Of a stretch of 64,000 bases of DNA, positions 54,754 through 63,924 are shown in pieces. The position numbers and the translations under genes are program-made. A model generated the notes under the pieces. That model made no database searches and was not told the DNA's origin. It worked only from the letters and a program-made list of their open reading frames with translations. Position 1 is the stretch's first letter, and every line of letters starts with the position of its first letter. The stretch lies in IMG/VR virus record IMGVR_UViG_3300044490_000250, positions 15,559 to 79,558 of that record. The stretch is one strand, 5' to 3'. Source of the DNA: a virus.

Positions 54754-55253
54754 CGATCGACGCTCCTCTCCTGTGTCCCGGCCCGTAACGTTCGGTACTC
54801 CTCGCGGCTTCCCACAAACGCGTCCCACGCCGCCTCCCCCTCTGGAGTCCGTAGGTGGTCCATGAACTCCTGCGGCAAGTCCTTCGCCAGGAAAAACGCC
54901 ACCTCTCGCTCCCCCCAATCGTCACACGCACTTTCGTCGACGCCCTTCCCCAGGATGTTGTGCGCGAACTCGTGCCCGACCACCAGCAAGATCGCAGAAG
55001 GGGAGAGCCCGTCGCAGTACACGTTCACCACCCCGCTGTCGTGGTCGATCATGCCGCGCCGCAAACACCCGCCGTTCTCGTAGTCACCCCACTGAATGAA
55101 GAGGACCTCCGTCACCGAGCAGGTCGGGTGCTGTCCCACCAGCCACGCCACGAAGCGCTCAGTCAGCTGACGCGTATCAGATGGAACCTCGTCCACCCAA
55201 TCCCAGTCAACCCAAGGACCCTGAAGGTCAAGGGGCTGTGTCTGCTTCGCCAT
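54750..55253 (-). CDS. HExxH metallopeptidase-like (ImmA/IrrE-like) protein
   Basis: VVGHEFAHNIL...DESACD. Confidence 0.6.
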   Translation of the reverse strand: MAKQTQPLDLQGPWVDWDWVDEVPSDTRQLTERFVAWLVGQHPTCSVTEVLFIQWGDYENGGCLRRGMIDHDSGVVNVYCDGLSPSAILLVVGHEFAHNILGKGVDESACDDWGEREVAFFLAKDLPQEFMDHLRTPEGEAAWDAFVGSREEYRTLRAGTQERSVDR

Positions 55254-55294
55254 CCCACGCTCCTTCCTGAGTAGCAGCCGCCGGCAGCCCGCGG

Positions 55295-56083
55295 TCACTG
55301 TTGAGCCCCCCCCCCCCCCACCCGCTCCTGCGCCACCCGCACGTACTCCTCCGCTACCTCCACCCCCAGCCACTGACGCCCCAGCTCCTGCGCCATGACA
55401 CACGTCGTCCCCGAGCCACACATCGGGTCGAGCACCAAGTCCCCTGGCGCCGAGAAGCAGAGGATCAAGTCGCGGGCCAGCGCGTCGGGCATCGTCGCCG
55501 GGTGCCGCGCCTTCACCACGTTCCCCTCCGTCGTCGACGTGTTGTACTTCCACACCGTCCCCCGGCACTTCAAGGCCGCGTTGCGACCGTGCTTCGGGTA
55601 GATCAGGCGGCCGTCAGTGCGGCGATCCGTGCCGGCGTGACGCTTCCCCGCGGAGGGGTTGGGCACCTTCAGCGGCTCCTTGTCAAACGCCCGCGGCTTC
55701 GCGCCCTTGAGAAACATGAAGATGTACTCGTGGTCCACACGGAAGCGGGTGTTCCACCACGCCCCCGGCCGCCCCTGCCGCTGGTAGATGCAGCACTCGA
55801 ACAGCCGCCACCCACAGTCGGCCCACGCCGTCACCGTGCGGAAGGAGGTCAGGGTCTTCGCGTAGTCCTGTGTGCCGTCCTGCAGCACCACGCAGCAGAC
55901 CCCTCCCTCCTCGGTGACCCGCAGCAGCTCGGGCCCCAGCGCGAGCAGCACCGCCGGGTCCCACGTCGAGTGGTAGTCACGGATGCCGTCGTAAGGCGGC
56001 GAGAAGACGGTCAGCTGGACTGACGACGCGTCGAGCGTCGGCAGGAACTCCAGCGCGTCCGCCTGCACAATTCGACTACTCAC
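55295..56083 (-). CDS. beta-class N4-cytosine/N6-adenine DNA methyltransferase
   Basis: VFSPPY, HEYIFMF, HPATMP, VLDPMCGSGTT. Confidence 0.9.
   Translation of the reverse strand: MSSRIVQADALEFLPTLDASSVQLTVFSPPYDGIRDYHSTWDPAVLLALGPELLRVTEEGGVCCVVLQDGTQDYAKTLTSFRTVTAWADCGWRLFECCIYQRQGRPGAWWNTRFRVDHEYIFMFLKGAKPRAFDKEPLKVPNPSAGKRHAGTDRRTDGRLIYPKHGRNAALKCRGTVWKYNTSTTEGNVVKARHPATMPDALARDLILCFSAPGDLVLDPMCGSGTTCVMAQELGRQWLGVEVAEEYVRVAQERVGGGGAQQ
55306..55319. repeat. C14 homopolymer (G14 on the coding strand)
   Basis: Direct count; lies in the last codons of the MTase. Confidence 0.9.
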
Positions 56084-56426
56084 CCTCAACCTCCTCCAAG
56101 CCGTGCGTCTTCCTCCACCACTCCTTGATGCCGTAGACGCCGCACTGCGTCTGCGCCTCGGGAGGGATGAACGAGTGGACGGCCACGCGCTTAGCGACAG
56201 CGTCGTAGTAGCACGAGTACCGGCCGTCGTGCAGTTCGTAGGTTCGCGGGTCGATCTCGGGCATCTCCTCCGCGACGACCGGACACAGGAAGGTGTCCAC
56301 CGCCACCAGCCCATCCCGCAACGCCTTGGAGTCTCTCACCACCGACACCCACCCATCGGACGCATACGGAGGGGACTGCGCGGCCCGCCCCACGCCGCCC
56401 TTGTAAGCCAGCAGCACCACTCGCAC
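56076..56426 (-). CDS. hypothetical protein
   Basis: Overlaps the MTase start. Confidence 0.5.
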   Translation of the reverse strand: MRVVLLAYKGGVGRAAQSPPYASDGWVSVVRDSKALRDGLVAVDTFLCPVVAEEMPEIDPRTYELHDGRYSCYYDAVAKRVAVHSFIPPEAQTQCGVYGIKEWWRKTHGLEEVEGE

Positions 56427-56450
56427 GTGCTGCTGTTCGTCGCGAAACCC

Positions 56451-57251
56451 TTACGGATACTCGTGATGGTCATTCGTCGGCCTCCAGTTCCAGACAGGTT
56501 GGTCGTTGTACACGCTTTTCAAGAGCCTGACCGACTCGGGCGGCATGTGGTTCTCGTCCCGGAACTCCGGGAAGTACAGCCCGTCGACCTTGTCGGGCCG
56601 CACCCACTTGGCCAGGAAGTCCACCTCTCGGGGGTGCTTGACCCCACGCCGGTACTCCACGCGGTAGACCAGCCCCTCCGCCACTGCCAGCGCGCCGTGG
56701 CCGCCATGCTCCCCCAGCAACTCCAGCGCGGTCTTGACCGGGAGCGGCCCACCCACGTGCAGGGTGTTTGGAGTGGTGAACCACTGCACCGCACACCGCA
56801 CCAGCACCTCGTGGTAGCAGGCCCGGTGCATCCCTCGCATGATGTCGAAGATCACAAAGGGCTCGTGCGGCAGCTCGTACATCGTCCCGTGCGCCTGCGC
56901 CAGCCACTCCCCGACCGCCCGCTCGCCCGGCTGCAGGAGACGGTCGAAGCGGCGATGCTCCTCCCGCACCCACGCCGCGAAGAGCTGGTGCTGCTCGTAG
57001 GGGGACGTGTGGGCCAAGCGGCCCGAGCGGCTCAGCGCCACGATCCCGCCGTCATCCTTGTAGACCGCGCAGCAGGCCCCGTCCAGCTTCTCCTGAATGA
57101 TGACGAGGTCCCACCGACCACGGGGGCGCTCGGTGCAGATACGGGCCGGGCCCTCTCCGATGTCGTGGTCACCCTGGCCTTTGCGCGAGCCCGGCAAGTG
57201 CGGGATGGACCCGTAAGCCTTACGACCGAGAGGTTTGGTGCAGTCCAGCAT
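56451..57251 (-). CDS. ATP-dependent RNA ligase family protein
   Basis: Motif I QEKLDG, III VGEW, IIIa FVIFDI, IV EGLVYR, V LAKWV; N-terminal YGSIPHLPGS. Confidence 0.85.
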   Translation of the reverse strand: MLDCTKPLGRKAYGSIPHLPGSRKGQGDHDIGEGPARICTERPRGRWDLVIIQEKLDGACCAVYKDDGGIVALSRSGRLAHTSPYEQHQLFAAWVREEHRRFDRLLQPGERAVGEWLAQAHGTMYELPHEPFVIFDIMRGMHRACYHEVLVRCAVQWFTTPNTLHVGGPLPVKTALELLGEHGGHGALAVAEGLVYRVEYRRGVKHPREVDFLAKWVRPDKVDGLYFPEFRDENHMPPESVRLLKSVYNDQPVWNWRPTNDHHEYP

Positions 57252-57279
57252 GGTTCTCTCCTCACCGCAGGTGGTCGGC

Positions 57280-57693
57280 TCACCCATGATCCTGTGTGTC
57301 GCCTCCAGAGTCAACGCGCTCGTAGGCCGCGCAGATGCACGTCCCTCCCTGAACGACAGCGTGGCTCGGCGCGCGGAAGGAGGGGTCTGGGATCGAGTGT
57401 TTCCGGCCTTCCTGCAGCACCCCTCCCACCACGAAGTGCGGGCAGTTCGCATGGGCAGCGGTGAGCCCCTCTATCCCATACGCCGGGTGCTTCTTGCAGT
57501 GTTTCCACATAACGCACAGCATCGTGGTCGGCTCGGCCAACGAAGCGAGCCCCTCAGCGCTCCCCACTACCACGGGCCAACGCAACCACTGTCTCTGTAG
57601 CTCCTTCGCCAAAGCCTCGGCAAGCCACCTCGCAGTTTCGTCCCCGCAGTCAACTGGGACATCCACAATCAGAGCGACCGGCTTTGTCAGCAT
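57280..57693 (-). CDS. hypothetical Cys-rich protein
   Basis: GGAGG RBS directly after the tRNA. Confidence 0.5.
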   Translation of the reverse strand: MLTKPVALIVDVPVDCGDETARWLAEALAKELQRQWLRWPVVVGSAEGLASLAEPTTMLCVMWKHCKKHPAYGIEGLTAAHANCPHFVVGGVLQEGRKHSIPDPSFRAPSHAVVQGGTCICAAYERVDSGGDTQDHG

Positions 57694-57726
57694 CACAGCA
57701 CTTCCTCCAGTCGGGATGTTCTTCTC

Positions 57727-57803
57727 TGGTACCGAGGGCGCGATTCGAACGCGCACTGCTCCGCTCTTGAGGCGGATGCCTCTGCCAGTTGGGCTACCTC
57801 GGC
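57727..57803 (-). tRNA. tRNA-Leu(CAA), 77 nt, short variable loop, encoded CCA
   Basis: GCCGAGG/CCTCGGT acceptor, D loop with GG, TCCGC-CTCAAGA-GCGGA, GCGCG-TTCGAAT-CGCGC, ACCA. Confidence 0.9.
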
Positions 57804-57823
57804 CCCACGTCAGCCTACACCAC

Positions 57824-58231
57824 TCACGCTGGGCTGTCAAGGCCAATTTCATCCGCCCTCGCCTTCAGCGCGGCCTGCAACGCCTCGGTCGGAGACGCGC
57901 CCGTGCCGTAGGAACAAAGCACCTCGTCGTCCTTGTAGACACTGCAGCTCCAACGCTCACACGGCCACACCAACGAGGCCTCCAGGCCGTCGAGTGAGGA
58001 GGCGGTCAGTTCGTCAACATACCAACCCTCCGGCAGGTAGAGCGTGAACGCCCGGCTGGCCTCGATCGTCCCCGCCGCGGCAATCAACGCCGCAGCCACT
58101 TCATCGGCTCGTTGGGCGCCCTGCTCCAACGTCAGCGCCACACCAGGGGATGCCATGCCGCCGCGCCGGAGTCGGTAGGCGGTCTCCTTCGCGTGGGTTG
58201 CGGCCTCGCGTAGCAGGTCAGGGTTCAGCAT
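57824..58231 (-). CDS. hypothetical protein
   Basis: GGAGG RBS; YGTGASPTEALQAAL C-terminal motif common in phage small proteins. Confidence 0.55.
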   Translation of the reverse strand: MLNPDLLREAATHAKETAYRLRRGGMASPGVALTLEQGAQRADEVAAALIAAAGTIEASRAFTLYLPEGWYVDELTASSLDGLEASLVWPCERWSCSVYKDDEVLCSYGTGASPTEALQAALKARADEIGLDSPA

Positions 58232-58704
58232 GGATCGCCTCCATGATCTGCATCCCTGGCTTCGATCTCCGCTTGCCACGCCAGCAGACGGTCCGTGTCC
58301 GCGGAGAGCGTGGCGCCCAGCCGGCCCTGCTGTTTCAAGGCAACGAGGAAGCACAGCACCGACCGCAGCGCACGCAGGTCGTCGTCACCGATCCGCCGCG
58401 CAGCCCCGCGCTCGCCGAAGATCGCGTCGAGGGCCGTCTTCACGGCAGCCTCCGGCGCGGCGTCACAAATGGAGTGCCGCTTCTCCAATGCGGCATTCAG
58501 GCTCGTGAAGAACGGGATGTGAGCCTCGGCACCCAACGCCCGCACCGGGCACGCCTCCCGCGCGTGCGGCAGGCCCTTCCCCCAGAACAGGCACTGCTTC
58601 GCGTTGTCGGCCCGACCCAAGTCCAGCAGGTAGCAGCATTCGCTGCCCACCGAGGTGGTGTGGTACCACGGGCACTCCGTCGCAGTTCCATCCGTCGTTG
58701 TCAC
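58225..58704 (-). CDS. hypothetical Cys-rich protein
   Basis: Overlaps both neighbours. Confidence 0.5.
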   Translation of the reverse strand: MTTTDGTATECPWYHTTSVGSECCYLLDLGRADNAKQCLFWGKGLPHAREACPVRALGAEAHIPFFTSLNAALEKRHSICDAAPEAAVKTALDAIFGERGAARRIGDDDLRALRSVLCFLVALKQQGRLGATLSADTDRLLAWQAEIEARDADHGGDPC

Positions 58705-59249
58705 TGGGTCTCTTCCTCCTTCCAGTGCAGAACCTTCGCCAGCGCGGACAGCAGCAGACGAGCCTCACTTGGAGCGAGACGCAAGCGAGCGTCGCTCCCG
58801 TATCGGTGCCACCTGTCTCCAACGTGGCAGTCCTCTTCGTCAATGGTGACTACCCGACTCGCCCCACGGCCTTCGACGCGCACGCTCAGGCGGTGCTCCC
58901 CATCCCTGCCGTACTCGCCCGGCGGGTCAACCAGCGGCACGTACTCCACCCGATCCTCGTGCGCCGGCGCGTCAGGCAGCGGGCCTTCGTACTCAGCGCG
59001 AAACTCGTCGAGCGTGCAGAGGCGGGCGCCCAAGTCCGACTCGATACGCACCAAGGGCCCCAACGAAAACGGCCCCACCTGTTCGTCGTGGAAGTAGGTC
59101 ACCTCCACCTCGACGGTCGGCGCCCCCCGCTTCCGCCAGCGCTGGCCCGGCTGGGGTACCCCGCGACGCTTTTGCCTCAGCATCGCGAGCAGCTGGCGCA
59201 CGATCTCCCTCGCTTCCTGCGGTGCAACCACTCCAAGCTGACACGACAT
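58701..59249 (-). CDS. hypothetical protein
   Basis: AGGAGG RBS. Confidence 0.55.
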   Translation of the reverse strand: MSCQLGVVAPQEAREIVRQLLAMLRQKRRGVPQPGQRWRKRGAPTVEVEVTYFHDEQVGPFSLGPLVRIESDLGARLCTLDEFRAEYEGPLPDAPAHEDRVEYVPLVDPPGEYGRDGEHRLSVRVEGRGASRVVTIDEEDCHVGDRWHRYGSDARLRLAPSEARLLLSALAKVLHWKEEETQ

Positions 59250-59271
59250 GGTGTCTTCCTCCTAGCTTCGC

Positions 59272-59820
59272 TTACCCGCGGAGCGCCGGATGCGCTACTC
59301 GAAGCACCCGGTCTCTCTCGATGAAGTTGAGCCACACGGCGGTGGCGTACCGAAGCGCGTCCAGGCAGGGGACCACCTCGGAGGCGCCGCTGAGCTCGCG
59401 GATCGTCTCCTCACAGCCCTGGTCGACGACGATACGCGGCAGCAGCGCGTGTACCTGCTCAACCCCGGCGGGGCGGCGGAAGGTGGTGGGCAGCCCGTAG
59501 TCCAGCCGAAGGAGCGTATGGGTGTAGTTGGGGTCCGGGTCAACGGAGACCCAGGCGATCCTCCCGTAGCCCCGCTTCCGGTGCTGCCCCAGCAAGCCCT
59601 CCACGTTCTCCCTGAACGTCCTCCCACCCGCAACGTACTCGTCCAGGACGAGCAGCGAGTGGTCGGGGGTGTGCTGCAACCACAGGCAGGCGCAGTACCG
59701 TTCTCCTAGTTCGACCGACAACGCCAGTGGAAGCCCTGGGTCGTACTGCAGCAGTCGCACCTGCCGAGCGATGCTGAACCCCGGGATGCCACTCCAACGA
59801 ACAGCCGGCGACTTCCTCAC
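59272..59820 (-). CDS. stand-alone terminase-large-subunit C-terminal (RNase H-like) domain
   Basis: SVELG...ACLWLQ...LVLDEY...SVDP...AGVEQVHALL..IVVDQGCEETIREL...CLDALRYA. Confidence 0.7.
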   Translation of the reverse strand: MRKSPAVRWSGIPGFSIARQVRLLQYDPGLPLALSVELGERYCACLWLQHTPDHSLLVLDEYVAGGRTFRENVEGLLGQHRKRGYGRIAWVSVDPDPNYTHTLLRLDYGLPTTFRRPAGVEQVHALLPRIVVDQGCEETIRELSGASEVVPCLDALRYATAVWLNFIERDRVLRVAHPALRG

Positions 59821-60194
59821 CCCTCCGCCTCCCCACTCAGCAAGTCACAAGCCCCTCTCAGCGCCTCCGCCGCGCCGCCCCACTCCGCCAGCATCCTGAG
59901 CAGGTCGGTACCGGTCACCCCCTCAGGGTCCACACCGGTCCGCGTGAAGGCCTCGGCGCGATCGCTGGCGACCCTCAGTCGACTCAGAGCGTAGTCGCGC
60001 AGGCGCTGCAGCTTGTCCGCCCGCTCCAGCCAGTCGGGGGGCGGGGCGGGGCAGCCCAGCTGCCGCAGTTCGTTGCAGATCGCCGCCAGCCCCTGCCGCA
60101 GCAGTGCCGCGCGGCGGACCTTCCACTCCTCATCGTTACGCCCTGAGTACCCATCCTGGAACAGCAGGATCGGGAAGCACTGCGGCTTGGTCAT
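59817..60194 (-). CDS. hypothetical protein
   Basis: GGAGG RBS; ATGA overlap. Confidence 0.5.
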   Translation of the reverse strand: MTKPQCFPILLFQDGYSGRNDEEWKVRRAALLRQGLAAICNELRQLGCPAPPPDWLERADKLQRLRDYALSRLRVASDRAEAFTRTGVDPEGVTGTDLLRMLAEWGGAAEALRGACDLLSGEAEG

Positions 60195-60665
60195 CGTTGC
60201 TCGTCCTCCAGCAAGGTGTTGTACCAGTCGAACACAGCCTTCGCGCCCAGCACCACCAACACGCTGAAACACATCACCGCCATCCACAGGACGAACGCCC
60301 ACTGACTCCCTGGGGTGTAGGGGTGAGTGGCGCACCACCAACCCGTCGCACTCCCCACCACGGCCCGCCCCATCCACCGTGCATGTCGTTTGGTCATCGT
60401 GCCTCCTGTTGCCCGGCTGGCCGGTGGAGGGTCGTCCCCTGTCGGGGGGCTGCGAAGGTGTAGGTGGCGACGCCGCTGCCAGTCGCAAGGCCACGCCCCG
60501 TCCTACCTTCACGTCACCCTCCACCGCCGGGCTCCCGCCGCAGCGGGAATGGTGTTGCCGGTCGGCGCACAGGATAGCTGCGGGGTACCCGTGCCCCTAT
60601 CACATTTCCGCAGCAGGGCCTCTCCGAGGGCCACTCACCGGACAGCGAGGGCCGACCGGCAAGAC

Positions 60666-61106
60666 TCAAAGATGCACAACCTCGGCGCCCGTCCATTCAG
60701 CGAGCAAGGCCGCCACCTGCGTCCGATGGCACCGCCGATGGTTTTGCTCAGCGCAGATGAGGACGGCCGTCCGGTACCGACGCACTTCACGGGCAGCGTC
60801 GAGCATCTGCTCACGCCTCAACCACTCACCATACGCGGGGAGCCACACTCCTGGCCCGGCTTCCCCGGAGGTACCCAGGCCGTACAGCCAGACGTACTGC
60901 CGCCGAGCCGCCTCGGTGTAGAACGCCGGCGGGAAGGCGCGGTCCCCACAGTGCCAGGAGGGGTTCCGCGAGCCCCGCGACCGGCGCACGTCCATGAAGA
61001 TGGTCCACCCAGGTCTCCGCAACTCCTCGGGCAGCGCGTTCAGCAGGTCCTCGAACGTGCGGCTATCGCCATACCCCCAGGTGTAGATCACTCGACGCTC
61101 AGGCAT
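60666..61106 (-). CDS. DUF488-family protein
   Basis: IYTWGY, FMDVRR, YVWLYGLG, LICAE...CHR. Confidence 0.8.
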   Translation of the reverse strand: MPERRVIYTWGYGDSRTFEDLLNALPEELRRPGWTIFMDVRRSRGSRNPSWHCGDRAFPPAFYTEAARRQYVWLYGLGTSGEAGPGVWLPAYGEWLRREQMLDAAREVRRYRTAVLICAEQNHRRCHRTQVAALLAEWTGAEVVHL

Positions 61107-61341
61107 GAGACACCGCCTCCCTGACCCGACGAGCCGCTTCCTCCAGCCGTGAGCGCGTGGCAGGGTCCATGTAGCCTCCCGACGCGGCCAGTCGCAGATC
61201 GTCAATGTCAGGGTTGCCCCGTACACACCACAGCCCCAGCGCATCCGCCGCAAGGTCCGCCGGGATGTCCTCCGCACGAAGTTCGCGGACGACCGAACAG
61301 TCACGGTCCTCGTCCCGCTCGACTACCTGAACCTGCTTCAT
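61099..61341 (-). CDS. small hypothetical protein
   Basis: GAGGAG RBS. Confidence 0.5.
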   Translation of the reverse strand: MKQVQVVERDEDRDCSVVRELRAEDIPADLAADALGLWCVRGNPDIDDLRLAASGGYMDPATRSRLEEAARRVREAVSHA

Positions 61342-61498
61342 CGTCCCCACTCCTCTCGCCAGAGTAGCCACGCCATCGCCACCCACGCCAGCCCGACCTC
61401 CACCCGTACCGTCCAGGCCGGCCACCCAAGGTTCCGGGTGATGTGCGCCACCGCAAGCAGCACGAATGCCCACACCAGTAGAACGAGACGCCACTGGT

Positions 61499-61852
61499 TC
61501 ATCCCTGCTCCTCCTGCTCGGCAGCTATGCGCTTCAGGTCCGCCTTCGTGAACCGCACCAAGAGGCTACCGTCCGACGCCTCCTGGGCAGCCCCTCCCCA
61601 CGGCTCCCGGTTCGTGATCTGCAGGACCCGAAGAGGGAGCAGGGCCACAGCACAGTCACCCTCACACGCCATCTTCGACACGACCTTGTACTTCTCGCAC
61701 TCGCACTCCTCACAGTACCCGTAGAAGAACCCCCCAGGGTGCAGCTCGCCGCACTCCGTACAGGAGACCAGGGGACCGGCACGTAGGGCTTCCTTGCGAG
61801 TGTACACCAGCTGGCACTTCGGACACTCATACGCCGTCGTGACTCGTATCAT
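61499..61852 (-). CDS. multi-CxxC zinc-ribbon protein
   Basis: CPKC, CTEC, CEEC, CEGDC. Confidence 0.6.
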   Translation of the reverse strand: MIRVTTAYECPKCQLVYTRKEALRAGPLVSCTECGELHPGGFFYGYCEECECEKYKVVSKMACEGDCAVALLPLRVLQITNREPWGGAAQEASDGSLLVRFTKADLKRIAAEQEEQG

Positions 61853-62346
61853 GTGGGGTTCTCCTCGAAGAGATCGAGTAGGGTTCGCTTCAGACGAAGG
61901 GCAGCCGGCGTGAGTTTGGAGTCCGCGGTCAGCACGTACATCCTCCAGAACCACGCGAGGGACGAAGCGACCCTCGTCTCGGCGGCCTCGAAGGACTCGT
62001 GGCTGCGGCCCAGGAGCCCAAGGCTAGGGTACGAGAGCTCGTAACGGTCCCCCAGACGCTCTGCCGTGAGAACAAGTGGCGCACGGGCAGTCAGGCGCGT
62101 CTGCCCATCGTCAACCACAGTGACCACGAACGAGCCCGGCTTCTGATGGATGTCCCCCTCTTGGAGCTTCCTGACTACCGAGCCGTGGGGGCAGGGGTAG
62201 TCATAGCACTCGACGTGCGGAGAGCCCTGCTCCTGGTAGCAGTCCTGTACGCGGAACTCGAACCCTCGGCCCTTCGGCACCAACGAGCACCGGCAACCCC
62301 GTCCACGTTCGATGACTATGACTTGGCTGCGCCTACGTTGAGCCAT
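61849..62346 (-). CDS. first gene of the leftward arm, hypothetical
   Basis: AAGGAGG RBS downstream of the promoter at 62375-62403. Confidence 0.6.
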   Translation of the reverse strand: MAQRRRSQVIVIERGRGCRCSLVPKGRGFEFRVQDCYQEQGSPHVECYDYPCPHGSVVRKLQEGDIHQKPGSFVVTVVDDGQTRLTARAPLVLTAERLGDRYELSYPSLGLLGRSHESFEAAETRVASSLAWFWRMYVLTADSKLTPAALRLKRTLLDLFEENPT

Positions 62347-62374
62347 CCAGCGCCCCTCCTTCCGTTGTGGGGGC

Positions 62375-62403
62375 AGAGTAGCAGAAACGGCGGGGGCTGT
62401 CAA
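62375..62403 (-). promoter_or_regulatory. sigma70-type early promoter (leftward)
   Basis: TTGACA-17 bp-TACTCT with TGn extended -10. Confidence 0.75.
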
Positions 62404-62691
62404 TACCCAGATTCCCAGTTTTTTGTGCGGTCCAGCGTGGCGCCTATTACCCCTGGGGGGTATTGGTATCCCAGTACCACAATAGTCGTACCCTGAGTCG
62501 GACATACGTTCGCTTCAAGGCCCGTAGTCGAACGTCTGTTCGAAGATCGGTCGGATTGCCGGTGAATAGCACAGATGTTCGACTCTTACGGTGCGCCAAC
62601 CGGGCATGACCGCCCTCGTCGAAAGTCCGAATGTTGACTGATTCGGTAGGTTTACATAATGAGAATTATAAAACTGCTTCCCTGGTTGCGC

Positions 62692-62760
62692 GGGGCCCCA
62701 CCTTGGGTCGGCCAGGTGGGGCCAGGTCGGCCAGGCCGGGGATCGGCCAGGTGGGGCCCC
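62692..62760 (+). repeat. GGCCAGG repeat array, left copy
   Basis: Four GGCCAGG units; contains GGGGATCGGCCAGGTGGGGCC (62738-62758). Confidence 0.85.
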
Positions 62761-62770
62761 ACAAACCCCC

Positions 62771-62800
62771 TTGACCTCTTCCGCCAAGGTGTGCTATCTT
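62771..62800 (+). promoter_or_regulatory. sigma70-type promoter (rightward)
   Basis: TTGACC-18 bp-TATCTT with TGn extended -10; AAGGAGG RBS follows. Confidence 0.65.
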
Positions 62801-62848
62801 CTCCGGGCGTGTTCCCAACACGCACACCCGACCTAAGGAGGCGCACTG

Positions 62849-63868
62849 ATGATACCGACGGAGCAGGAGCCCGCACCGAAGCCCGCCAAGGTGTTTCTGG
62901 AGAAGGGACTCGCACCGACCCCACCTCCCCTTTCGAGGGAGGCCTCCCTCTCCCTCGCCGTACATACCAGAGGGGCCCTCGGCGGGCCTCCGGGGGTTGT
63001 TGGCGGAGGGCAACTTGAGAAGAGGGACCCTCGCAAGCCCGAAGCCCGGAAGCCCGCCAAGAGAAGCCCGAAGCCCGCACCGAAGAAGCCCGCCGACGAG
63101 GCCCCTAACCCCTCTGTGGCCGGGCGTTACTACCCTCTGCCCTCCGCCAAGGTACGCACCTGGTTTCGGGCCTTGGAGGGCGACGAGGGCCTTCACCACC
63201 TGCAAGCCCGTCTTCACCTGCCAGAGGTCCTCGGCGCAGTGGAGTCTTGCGTCCAGAGGTCCCTCTCGGCGTTCCTCTCCTCCCAACGAGGTCGTTCCCT
63301 CGTCTTGGTAGGTGCAACGGCCAGAGGGGAATTCGTCCACGACTGTCTGAGCACTGTCCTCGCCGACCTGTTGGAGGTGGCCGAATGCGGCGAGGGTCGG
63401 GTCACTGGTTTCATCCGTCTTCTGTCCCTCCGGGCCCTCGGGAGAGAAGCCCGAATCACGTTCGGGTTCAGCCGCCTTGGGGACAGCCGGGCCTCACACC
63501 TCCCCTTGGAGGCAGTCGAAGAGGAACCCGTCACTGATGTGGAACGTGCAATCGTGACGGCGAGTCTACTGCACGCAACCCCCAAACACGATTCAGACAC
63601 CATACAGAGGGCCCTCCTTCTACTGGCCGGGGGAGAATCGCAGTCGGCTGTTGCCCTCGCCGTCGAAGCCCGAAAGGCAACAGTCGGCCTCTGGTTGTCT
63701 GAGCTAGTCGGTCTGCTCAGAGAGGGAACCCGCTTCGCCAGGTCGGCGGAACCCCCTCGGGTGTTTGCGGAGGAGGCGAAGAGCCGCCAGGTGAAGCGCA
63801 CCGACGAAGAGGCAAAGCACCGGGCCCGTTTCGACTGCGTCTTCCGGGTTTCGACCCTCGCCGCATAG
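62849..63868 (+). CDS. Pro/Lys-rich N-terminus plus HTH (sigma-like) protein
   Basis: C-terminal GESQSAVALAVEARKATVGLWL HTH-like segment; own promoter, RBS and terminator. Confidence 0.6.
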   Translation: MIPTEQEPAPKPAKVFLEKGLAPTPPPLSREASLSLAVHTRGALGGPPGVVGGGQLEKRDPRKPEARKPAKRSPKPAPKKPADEAPNPSVAGRYYPLPSAKVRTWFRALEGDEGLHHLQARLHLPEVLGAVESCVQRSLSAFLSSQRGRSLVLVGATARGEFVHDCLSTVLADLLEVAECGEGRVTGFIRLLSLRALGREARITFGFSRLGDSRASHLPLEAVEEEPVTDVERAIVTASLLHATPKHDSDTIQRALLLLAGGESQSAVALAVEARKATVGLWLSELVGLLREGTRFARSAEPPRVFAEEAKSRQVKRTDEEAKHRARFDCVFRVSTLAA

Positions 63869-63886
63869 CACACCCTCTGCCGCACC

Positions 63887-63924
63887 GAAGGGGCCCCCGG
63901 TCATACCGGGGGCCCCTTCTGTTT
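63887..63924 (+). terminator. intrinsic terminator
   Basis: GAAGGGGCCCCCGG-tcata-CCGGGGGCCCCTTC then TGTTT. Confidence 0.8.
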
